Below, piece after piece: positions 39,101 to 51,100 of a stretch of 64,000 bases of DNA (within the stretch, counting starts at the first letter, position 1; every line of letters begins with the position of its first letter). The notes under the pieces were generated by a model. The model worked only from the letters and a program-made list of their open reading frames with translations. It did no database searches and was not told where the DNA came from. This DNA comes from Lytechinus pictus (Eukaryota). A program made the translations under genes and the position numbers. The stretch spans positions 19,594,001 through 19,658,000 of the forward strand of contig NC_087250.1 in assembly GCF_037042905.1 (NCBI RefSeq), read 5' to 3'.

Positions 39101-42100
39101 TGTGTGTGTGTGATAGAGTAGAGAAAAAAGTAATGGAGATGTGTATGTGTGTGCGAGAAAGACAGAGCGAAAGAGGGAGAGTAAAAATAGGGAGGGCAAG
39201 AGGCGGAGAGAATGTGGGTGTGTGGGAGGGAGAATGTGTGAGAGGGAAAGAAAGAGTAGAAATCAGGGGGAGGGGAGAGAGAGGGGGGGAGAGAGAGTGT
39301 GTGTGTGAAAGAGAGAGGAGAAAAATAATAAAGGGAAGTGAATGTGTAGGAGGGTGTGTATGTGTGTGAAAGAGGAATAATAATGATAAAAATCCATATA
39401 CAAATACGAGATCGAAAGGAGGTATATATATATATGTATATATATATATATTTATATATATATGGATTTGTGGTTGTGCGCGCGTGGGTTCGCGATTGTG
39501 TGTGTTAATATGTCTGCGAAAGATGCAGATCGAGGAACAAGAGATGAGGGAGGGATCGAGAAAGGGGGGGGTGGGAAAGATAATTTGCACTTGAGAGTCT
39601 GTGACACTGTGTGTGTGCGCGCGCATAAGTCTGGGTTTTGTGTTTGTGTGTTGGCTTTATTATAACTTCCCTTTTGTTCTGAAATGTGAGTGGAATAATG
39701 GAACTCTTCAATGATATACATTTATTCATTATTTATTTTGCACCAATAACTGCTAAAAAGGTCTAAGTGGATCCGCGCCTCCCTCCCGCGCACTTCCGCC
39801 CGTGAAGGACGGATTTGAGTCCTTTCTTAAGAGTTCTGATTGATCCAATCAACCTCAACTAGGCCTAGATAAAAAACCCAGATCACAATATTTCCTATTT
39901 TGCACAATTTTCCTTAATAAACAAAAAGCAGACCCCTGGATTGTCAATGATGAATGGACGAGTATGTACATCGATCAAATCTTGAAAGAAATGAACAAAC
40001 ATGCATTTTAGATGTTGGATTTTCTGGTTCCGTGGTTCAGTTCAGTTCTATAATTCACATATTATATACAAGCATTTTTAATTGGTTGACATGGGTATAA
40101 CATAACATATCATGAAATGAAATAAATGGTTCTTGAGACCAATATGAGTTGAAACACAATAAGAATTTGAATCCGTGAAGAATGGAGAGGGCTAAGTTGA
40201 AAGCATAGCTTGTGAGTTACAGGCCCCAGAGGAGAATATAAAAAATTGGTAAGGCTAGGATATTATCAAGAAAATAAAAAATCAAAAAAAGTAGTTAATA
40301 TAAGTAATGAACCAGTTGGCTTATACACATCTGTAGCTCGCCCTAAAGGAAGAATAATAGTTTTGAGGGAGACATGGTAGTAGAAGATAAAAATAGAATT
40401 GGAGTGCTATGTATAGATGTCTGCTGCTGCAGCCTGAACTTCATAATCATCCAGAAAAAAAAGTTTAAATTTATGTTTGAAAATAATCAATGAAGTGGTG
40501 GTGGGTGATTGGATCAATCGCATCTCTTTATAAGATGGTACCCTGGAATCCTTACCAAATTCGGTATAAACAATGTCCAATCCCATCACGAGATCTATGT
40601 CCAAGACCCCTCCCCCTTTTTTCTGCAGCTCACTCGCATAAGCAACCTCTTCTCCGGATGTTAAATTGATGGCTCCGAGTCCTTTGCGCTCTATGTCGCC
40701 AAAGTACATGACGTCACCAAACTTTCGGATAACTCTGATCCGGTACACTTGCGACGTTGAGTTGAAGTGAACGCGACGGTCGGTGCCATTAAAGTCTACC
40801 GATTCAATCACACCTTGTGCCGTAAACCAGTATATTCTACATTCTGTAAAGGAGAGATGTAAGCCAAGATTAAAGAACTTCATCTAAAAACGCCCATTAG
40901 AAGAAAAAAAAATAATGTACTTTTTTGCTAATATACATTTTATATCTAATTAAAGCACATCAAATAAATAAGGACCATGCAAGTCAATTGTTACATCTAT
41001 TATATTTCTCCAGAATGTTTCACTCAGCGAGCATTTAACAAGGCAGACGCGATAAAGAGCTGTATAGAGCTACAGGGGCTAGAAGTCCACATAGAGGACA
41101 TGGATAAGATGAGTAGCGGTATAGCAAAATTGGGCAGCGTTTGCTCCTGTTTTTCTTCCAAAAGTGTGAACTATAATCACTTAACATTTTACCATCACTT
41201 CCTTTGAGATCCCCTGATACATCACATTCTCCATTACCTGCAGATCAAAGGAATGCATCATAACTTAGTTCTCAGGAAAGCTCCCACGGTGTTGGGGACA
41301 GGTCTGTGTTCTAGAACTTCAAGAACGTGGCCGCGGTGGACGTAGCCCCGGTAGCAAGCCGTCGATGGATTAATTATTTTAGGAAATTCGAAAAACGGAC
41401 GTTGTAAGAAAACTCTTTGTTCAGATGGGAGCGACATTAAAATTTGATTTGTTGAAGGGTTGTTTGAAAACAAGTGATGTTACTAACGTTATAAACTGTT
41501 GGAAATGTGATGGATAGATGTTACTAACAGAGGAAATGGTTTCTAGAAGGTTGTTGGACAGCCAATAATATCAGGGTGATATTATGTGGTTGGTAATATA
41601 CATTTTATATCTAATTAAAGCGCATCAAATAAATAAGGACGACTGTGCAAGATCTCCAGACTAGTTTCCGACCCAAGTTGTCCTGCTTGCCATGCACCTG
41701 CGGAAACTGTCTTTCACTTTGTTAGTGAATGCATAGCCTATACCCATCTTAGAAATAATCTTCTGAATCATTTTCCAGAGGATGCCATTAAAGTGCTCTC
41801 AAGCTTTTCAAATACAGACTCCTATCTTCATGTTGCAAGAACCAGACTTATCCTCCTTGGTGTCATTGGCAATGTCTCGTATCAGTTTCCTGACTTTCAT
41901 CCTGTTACTCTTCAATTTGTGTTTGATATACATTTCTCAAGACAGCGCCTTGTTGATCAAGCGGCTGCAAACAGTGACTAATAGCTCATTATTTTTACCA
42001 TGCTGTACTGCAACTAAAGGCTTGCAGTTCTCCGGTGAACGGAGGAATTCAACACAGAAGAAGAAGAAGGTAAGGTCGGAAAAACTGTGTTTGGATTTTG

Positions 42101-45100
42101 AATGGATGACAGGTGACGATGAGATCGTTAGAAACTAATTTGATTTGGTGAGTGTTTAGGCAACCAATACTGTTTAGGTGTTGACAAGGCTGGAAACTGA
42201 AGCTAGGTCGGAAAGTTGATGAAACAACAAGTTTCCATCGTATTATTGTCTACGTTTCCCAACAACAGAGCAGCAACGTCATAACTGATGGTTCAGCAAA
42301 TATTGGACCAGAATTACCACACGACATTTGATCGTTGTTGCATGACAACGATGGACCGACATTGCAATTATTGTTGGACTGAAGATATATGCGCGTGATG
42401 TACGACTATCGATTCTCTAAAGTTGCCTGCAAACGTTGAGGCAGCGTAAAAATCACAACGTTCAAAATTTTCCCTACGTTACGGGGGAACTCTTGATCAC
42501 TTTTGCGTTTAAGCCCCCATCACACTTATTCCGAATCAAGCAGAATTGGCCTGAATGAAAGGACTATTGTTTGACCACCAGTTGGTCATTTAAATCTACT
42601 TCGAACACCGTTCGAAAATATCCCTCGAATGTTTTGAACATGACCGAAGGTTCATGACCAAAACCTTCGGGACGGCCAAAAGAAATGACAAAAATATTTC
42701 GAATGCACTCAGAATGCAGTCAGGATATTTAGAATGCCCCTAGAATGTCCAAGAACGTAGCACGAATTATCAATCTGACTCCATTGCGGTTCATTTTGAC
42801 TAGTGTATGATGATACACGTGGTCAATTTACTGAATTTCAACTCCAGTTTGGTGAATTCATAAGTTCCTCCCAAAAATTTCTAGATTTTTTGAATATTTT
42901 TTCTTTCCAGCTTCTGCTTGATTCCTGCTGATTCCGAACAAGTGTGATGGGGGCTTAACTAATGAATGTTCTGCAAGTCTCTGATGGCTAAAGGAGTCTG
43001 AGCGAAAATAAGCGAAAAGTTGCTCGAATCATACTGCGGAGAGCATAATGGAAGAGAAGTTATTTCCTGGGGAGTGTCAGATGAAGGTCGAGTGTAACGC
43101 ATCATTTCTGAACAGGCCTACATCGAACGATTTTCCGTTGAACCTGATATATACTATAAAAAAACCCAACATATTAATTTTAACCAATAAGATCGCACTG
43201 GCTTCGGTCATCCGCCCGCGGGGTGGACTCGAACCCACGGTCGTTGGTTCGACAGGCAGACGCTTTACCGACTGAGCCAACTTCGCTCTCAACTGCGAAG
43301 TAATGATGAATTCTAAGTCCACAATGCTACGCGACCAAGTAGAAATACTGACGAGTAGTTCGCACACGTACACATCCAGCATTCAGCACTTTTAGAAATG
43401 TACGTCCACATAGTGGACTGGTACGAGCTGATGACGTCATTTTTTGGCGTTCCATATGCCTCAGGTCCTCACACACGTCCACTATCGGAATCGAGAACCC
43501 CGCCACATCCGTTTTGCGGTTCTCCTAAATCATAGACGACGTGCACGTGAGTGACGTCATTTTAACCGCTCAAGCCCAGCATGAAGATCAACCTTTCCCT
43601 TTTAAAACACAGTTTTCAGTGACTTTTCACAAAATTAATGTAAGTTGTACGATGCATTCTGTTTATCATATTTGAAATTGCTTTCTGATCTCTAAAATAT
43701 ACATCGATATATATCCTAACTTACGGAGCCCGAGAGGGGACATGCATGAACATGTTTTTTTAATAAGTCGTTCCCACCACTTATAAGTTGTTCCCACCAC
43801 TTATAAGTCGTTACCACCACTTATAAGTCGTTCCCACCACTTATAAGTCGTTCCCACCACTTATAAGTCGTTCCCACCACTTATAAGTCGTTACCACCAC
43901 TTATAAGTCGTTCCCACCACTTATAAGTCGTTCCCACCACTTATAAGTCGTTCCCACCACTTATAAGTCGTTACCACCACTTATAAGTCGTTCCCACCAC
44001 TTATAAGTCGTTCCCACCACTTATTTATAACTACCACGTGATGGCATATAATTATGAAAAAGGGAGCAGTACGCCGCGCCCGCTAACTCCAGGAAGCTCC
44101 GACGCCGACGCCGAAGCTCTCAAACCAAGCCTGGCGAAAATCATCGAAATCGATGGATATAGCGCCAACGTCAACAGACCCGGGTACCCAACATTATAAC
44201 AACAACAAGAAGAAGACCGGCAGGAAGTTGGTTGGATATTCGATATTCGATATTCAAACTGTGAAGTTGGTTTGATATTCAGGTTCGATATTCAAACGCG
44301 TGTGAAGTTGGACCAATATTCGATATTCGATATTCAAAAATTAGGGGTCTTGAAAGCTAACTAGGGGGTTAAACAGGTGCAGCACGTCTCGGGCAACCAT
44401 AACAACACTGTCACTGGCCTGCCCTAGTAAGAGGACATTCAGGGGACAAACGTCAGTGAATGAAAGGGCAGAAAATTGTAATTTTTTTTTTCTTTTCGAG
44501 GGGCCCCCACATCCCGACGGCCTACCCAGGGCAACCATGTATCCTATCTTGTAGAACTGGACTCGGGCAACCAGATAAACACTAGCTTGACCCGGCGCAT
44601 GCACAATTTTCTGGCTTGCTTCGCTCGCTGGCTACTTTTTCAAAATTAATTATTCCACATTTGCTTTGGTGTGCTGCCTCAACATATTTTGTTTATTATC
44701 CGCAACTGCGTTGAACTTAATATAATATGTGGTGTATGTACCCGCGATTTGATAAAAAATGGCCATCTGCAATGTTTAAAAATATCACGAGGATCCGGGG
44801 GCTCCGCCCCAGACCAGTGCATGGCGCCACCGAATGGGGAGGCCCCATTGAGCCCCCCCGAAATTTGAAGGAAAAAAGTGTATATAATTCTCCAAAAATG
44901 TTTTTAGTTCTTTAAATTTTAACAATTTTCTCATCCATTCACCGTCACAGCATTTAGCTCCCAACAATTTTAGTCACTAACATAAATCTTTCAGGCCATT
45001 ATATTAAATTCAAAATGTAGCTCGCGCTACGCGCTCGCAGTTATTAATGATTATCTTTTCACATGGGGCTTAAAAATCCAATATTATTAGAGTTTTCATT

Positions 45101-48100
45101 ATTCGTTTTAGCAAGATACATTATCCTGCGAATTCATAATTTTCATAAATGATATATTTTCAGCGAATTAGATAGCCATTCAGTTCATAATTAAAAAAAA
45201 AGCTTAGAACGGCCAGGTATCATCCCGGATATCAAAAATTTTCGGCTCGCGCTTCGCGCTCGCACTATTTATTTGGTGAGATATCATCTTCATAACCCAA
45301 TTAATGGAAACAGCTGATCCTTAACAGGTCCCTTTTTCATTCAGTAGGGACTGCATATAAAATAAAATTAACTCGCAACTCTCGCTCGATTTTTTTTAAA
45401 ATGTGTGTCATCCCCCCGGCCCAAAAATGTTTGTTTGCCTCATCCTAGGTTAAAAACCCTGGTGCCGTCATTGCCCCGGACCCGAACCGCATAGCACTGC
45501 CCCCCCCCAAAAAAAAAAGTTCTACAACCGAGAACAAAAAAGAAATAATAAAACGAAAGAAAGAAAAGGAAGATGAAAGATATATGATGTCAATCTCAAA
45601 ATTACAGGTGATTTTTTTTCGCTCACTTCGCTCGCTCGAGACTTATTATTAAGCAAGTATTTGCTGCGTGCGCCATGGTGTGCCCCATCCTTTTTTGTTC
45701 TAATCTCGCATTGAGCTTCGCCCTAATGTTCAGGGCATAATCATAAAATATCCTGGTCATACAATATGATGACCCCTCCATTCTCTTTCCCTCCCTTTCC
45801 CCCTCCTTTTCTTTCCTATCTCTCCCTTTCGCTTCTCTCTCTTTTATTTTTGTCTTCTCTCTTTCTTTGTTGTTTTTTACTCTACCCATTGGCGGCAACC
45901 CTAACGGATGGGGGGACCGTGGTTCCCCATGCTTGAAATAGCCCGTATTCCTTGTTAATTTACCCCCCCCCAATGTGCATGCGCTGGGTCAAGCTAGTGT
46001 GTATCTGGTTGCCCGAGTCCAGTTCTAAATGTTAGGATACGTGGTAACCCTGGCTAGGCCGTCGGGATATCCCTCGGGGCTTCTCGAAAAAATAGTTTAT
46101 TTTAATTGAAAAAATGCGATAAATAGCCCTTTATTCCCTTTAATATTGTTAATTTGAGCCCCTAAATGTGCATGCACCGGGTCAAGTTAGTGCTTATATT
46201 GTTGCCCAAGTCCTGTTCTAGAAGATAGGATACGTGGTTACCCTTGCTAGGCCGTCGGGATATCCCTGGAGGCCCCTTGAAAAAAAAAATTATTGAAAAA
46301 ATGCGATAAATAGCCCTTTATTCCCCTTAATTTTGTTAATTTGAGCCCCCTAAATGTGCATGCGCCGGGTCAAGCTAGTGCTTATCTTATTGCCCGAGTC
46401 GATTTCTACAAGATAGGATACATGGTTGCCCTGGGTAGGCCGTCGGGATGTGGGGGCCCCTCGAAAAGAAAAATAAAAAAATAACAATTTTCTGCCCTTT
46501 TATTCACTGACGTTTGTCCCCTGAATGTCCTCTTACTAGGGCAGGCCAGTGACAGTGTTGTTATGGTTGCCCGAGACGTGCTGCACCTGTTTAACCCCCT
46601 AGTTAGCTTTCAAGACCCCTAATTTTTTAATATCGAATATCGAATATTGGTCCAACTTCACACGCGTTTGAATATCGAACCTGAATTTCAAACCAACTTC
46701 ACAGTTTGAATATCGAATATCCAACCAACCAACTTCCTGCCGGTCTTCTTCTTGTTGTTGTTATAATGTTGGGTACCCGGGTCTGTTGACGTTGGCGCTA
46801 TATCCATCGATTTCGATGATTTTCGCCAGGCTTGGTTTGAGAGCTTCGGCGTCGGCGTCGGAGCTTCCTGGAGTTAGCGGGCGCGGCGTACTGCTCCCTT
46901 CTTCATAATTATATGCCATCACGTGGTAGTTATAAATAAGTGGTGGGAACGACTTATAAGTGGTGGGAACGACTTATAAGTGGTGTGAACGACTTATAAG
47001 TGGTGGGAACGACTTATAAGTGGTGGTAACGACTTATAAGTGGTGGGAACGACTTAAAAGTGGTGGGAACGACTTATAAGTGGTGGGAACGACTTATAAG
47101 TGGTGGGAACGACTTATAAGTGGTGGTAACGACTTATAAGTGGTGGAAAACGACTTATAAGTGGTGGGAACGACTTATAAGTGGTGGGAACAACTTATAA
47201 GTGGTGGTAACGACTTATAAGTGGTGGGAACGACTTATTAAAAAAAAATGTTCATGCATGTCCCCTCTCGGGCTCCGTACTAACTCGCGTAAAAAGGAAT
47301 CAAAGCAAGTGAAAGGGCACATGTGCAGACGTTGCACCTTCGCATCACCCGACCGGGTCGCCAGGCGATGGTGCGCCAGATCTTCCGGGTCGGGCAGCGT
47401 GTCATGACCCGCTGCTTATCGCGCTGTTTCATGTGGACGTACGTACACGTACAAGTCGAGTGAAATCTAAAGTATTCGCATCTGTAGTGAACAAGGGCAG
47501 ACGACGACGTTGACTTGAACGATCAGATGACTGCTACGTCGTTCACGTTCACTGCTCCTAAAACTCTCTATTATCGACAAGTGACGACAAGACTCTGTGA
47601 CCCAGGGGATTTTGATCTTGACTGACCATGCAGCATCGATGTTCATCCATGCATGGATCAGTGCACAATAGGGTGTGTGTGTTTTGAGTAGATGTGTGTG
47701 GGTGCTGTGCGTGTTACAGTGGGATGTTTGTGTGTGTATGTGTTATATGTGGGGTGAGTAGATGGGTGTGCGAATGTGAATGTCATTGTTCGTGTGTGGG
47801 TGCATTGCTAGTGTGTGTGTACAACCCACCTCTCAATACTAAGGACCTATCGTGCTGTGGTACATTTGGCCAGAATTGCTTCGATGAGCGGCAAAAGAAA
47901 TATGGAAATACAAATACGCACTCCATCGGTAATAATCAATTTCGGCTTTCAGATGCTATCCTTTCAAAGCGTTTTGGCACGTTTTATCTTATTCTCATTC
48001 TACGTGTAATGTCATACTTGCCAAGCAATCAATCAAGCATATATATTTTTTTCTCTCTCCTGCTCTCCCCCTTTTATCGTTCTCTCTCCCTCTCTCGTCC

Positions 48101-51100
48101 AGCACTCCTAACTTTGCAGATCTCCCCTGCCACTCGGGGCGCGTATTTTTTTATTTACACCACTGCTCCGCCAAAATATTGAAAAACCCCACAGAAACGG
48201 CTCGCGCAAGAGTCTAACAAGTTGACCACACACGTTTCGTCGTGCACATCTGAATTCGTTCATAATAGTCATTCAAAACAAACCTTATGATTTCAATATA
48301 GATACATAGCTTAGTGTTTAGTTTGTTGGGGTCTTATCCGCTTGTATTATACACAGCAAAAACTGTGGTTTTAACCGGTGTACATAGAGGACCACACCAG
48401 TTATTTTACACCGGTGTTAAATTGGTGGTGTTAGTTTTACACCTATTGTTATTACACCACCAATGGTTGTTACATTTACACTCTTTGGTGTTATGTTCAA
48501 TCTCTAGGGTGTTATTTTAACACCACAGTTTTTACAGTGTACATGTGTAGGAATCGTATGAGCATTTTGTTCGTAGTTATGGCACCTCCAAACATTCAGA
48601 TGCTTGAAACAAAGAACTATAGTGTTCATAGCTGCAGCTAGACTAGATTTCTTTTCTCCGTCTAAATTTTTCACCTCTCTGATCTTCAGCACTCACCCTC
48701 TCTCTCGCTCTCTCCATTGATTTTCCTTCTGTATTTGGGCGACAGTGGCCTCTGCATTGCTCTCTTGCTTTTTGCCCAATTCAAAATACCTTTATTTTGT
48801 TGTCATTAAATTAGGCACATTTGTCGAAAAAATGTGTATTTATTAATATGTACACCTTGATACTTTTGCTTTTCTCTAGCTATTTATAAAGCACATAGGG
48901 ACTGATTCTGCAGTGATATGCGCTCTAGAAATATGATTTTATATCATTATAATAATATTATTATTATTATCATTATTATTATTATTATCATTATTATTAG
49001 TATTATTATTACTATTATTATTATAATTATCATCATCATCATCATTATTATTATTATCATTATTATTATTATTATTATTTTCATTATTTTTATTTGGCAG
49101 ATAAGATCTTCTCTCTACCTCGATCTCTATTCTTTCTTTCTTTCTCATTTTTGTTTAAAAGGAAAGTCTACCCCAAAATAACTTTTTTTTCAACAGGACA
49201 AAAAATCAGATTGACAGAACTAAAAAGTTTGAGGGAAATCGGACAAGTAATAAGAATGTTATGAATTTTTAATGAAATGAATATCACTAGTATATTGCCA
49301 ATTTACTGACATCATATGTGCACGACTTACCATTTATTTTATCTACTAGTTCATTACTACAAAATTTAACTTTTTCCGACATTTTGATTTCCTCAAACCT
49401 TTTTCCAGGATATCGAGATGATAGATATGTTTTTTCATGTTTTCTGAATTTTTTTTTGCAGTATAAATACATTAAATTAAATGGTTAGTGGTGCATCCAT
49501 GACTTCATAAAATCGGCGATTTGTCTTGTGATTTCCCCATTTTTTCATATGATTAAAATTTCATAACTTTCCTTCAGTTGTCAAATTTTCCTCAAACGTT
49601 TTATGTTTTGTTCATCTGATTTTTCTGCTTGGGTAGACTCTTCTTTTATTCTCCCCTCTTGCTTAAGCCCCATTTCTTTTGATTTTTTTCTTCACAATAT
49701 AATTTTCTTCCAAATCAGCATGCTTGTACTGTTGTATCTCATCTCACCCTTTCTCTCTATTTCTTCGCACTCCCCACACCCCCTTCCCCTCTCTTTTCGG
49801 GCTCTTTTCATCTCAAGTTCTCAGTCATTATTTTATCACAGCTACTACTGAACTTTGTTCAACAGGTGCACTACCAAGCATTGCTGCAAATGTATACTCT
49901 GTGATTTTGAAAAGTATTTCAGGTTGGGAAAACCTCAGAACAAATCAATACTAGATGGCCTATACTGTAGGAAAAGTTGCTATAAAATGCCCTCACACTG
50001 CTCTCTTTCAGCACTGAAAGGAGAATGAAACTCTTGGAGCAAGTTAGCTTTTGTGAAAGCAGAAAAATCAAAGAATAAGATCAACAAAAGTTTGAGTAAA
50101 ATAGGACTAGCAATAGAAGAGTTATGAGCATTTGAATGTCGAGATCACTAATGCTATGGAGATCCTCCCATTGGCAATGCGACCAAGATCTATGATGTCA
50201 CAGATGAACAACTCTCCCCTTTTGGACACTGAAAATATAACACAAAACATCTCTTTTTGCTCATTCTAATCATATATGACAAACGATTCATCAATGATAT
50301 AATGTTGTGAAACCTCTGTACTTGTCCTCTCATAAAGAGAACACCTCACCTTGTGATAGACTCTATAAAAGTGAGAATATAAGTGAAATAAGTACTAAAG
50401 TAATGAGGGAGTTGCACGTGTGTGACATCACAGATCTTGGTCGCATTGCCAATGGGAGGATCTACATGGCATTAGTGATCTCAATATTCAAATGCTCATA
50501 ACTTTCTTATTATTTATTCAATCTTCCTCAAACTTTCAACAATATGTTTCTTTGATTTTTCTCTTTGATATGGATTCAGCTGGTTTCAAGGGTTTCATTC
50601 TCCTTTAATAATTGGCTCAACATCACTCTTCGTCACTAACCTTAGACAATATCTTTTACATATTAATTTTCAATATAAATTACATATCAGCTCTGTTACA
50701 TACTCAAATGGTTTTTAGAACACTTTTCCGTAATATCAACAATAACCCTAAGAAAATAATGTAGTAGCGGGATGACTTCAGGTGGTTTTGGATATATACT
50801 CATTCAACTTTTATACAAATCTCACGCGGGAATTCCGAGAGCTTTGCTTGAGCGCACAGATTAGACTTGCCCGCGAGCCGTTTCTTTCGTATTTCTGGGA
50901 ATTTTGGCGGAGCAGTGGTGTAAATAAAAAATACTCTTCCGGCGTGTACTTTTAAGAAACTTGCGTCCCATAATGAATAAGCGCAATAGGTGTTTGCAAA
51001 AACGTTTGTTTGCAATTGAACGAAAATCAACCAAAATATGCATTTAATCAAAGGACGTACTCTTGATAGTTGGGCTTACCCTTTATTTAGAATTAAACGA

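Larger units (their letters stand above)
43722..47279. mobile_element. Non-autonomous foldback DNA transposon, IS3EU-like ends
   Basis: Ends TACGGAGCCC...GGGCTCCGTA; 6-bp TSD CTAACT (43716-43721, 47280-47285); TIR arms about 43722-44605 and 46355-47279; no transposase ORF. Confidence 0.85.

Noticed and set aside
38862..39626. 254-aa ORF as a single-exon gene
   Set aside because: Only 38903-39013 is coding (EGF exon); the remainder is GA/GT low-complexity intron.
43210..43286. tRNA-Asp(GTC) gene on the minus strand
   Set aside because: A and B boxes are present, but the acceptor and anticodon stems do not pair; better explained as a SINE head.
43761..47240. 20-bp repeat arrays as a CRISPR array
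   Set aside because: Units are head-to-tail with no unique spacers, are mirrored in transposon TIRs, and there are no cas genes; the context is eukaryotic.
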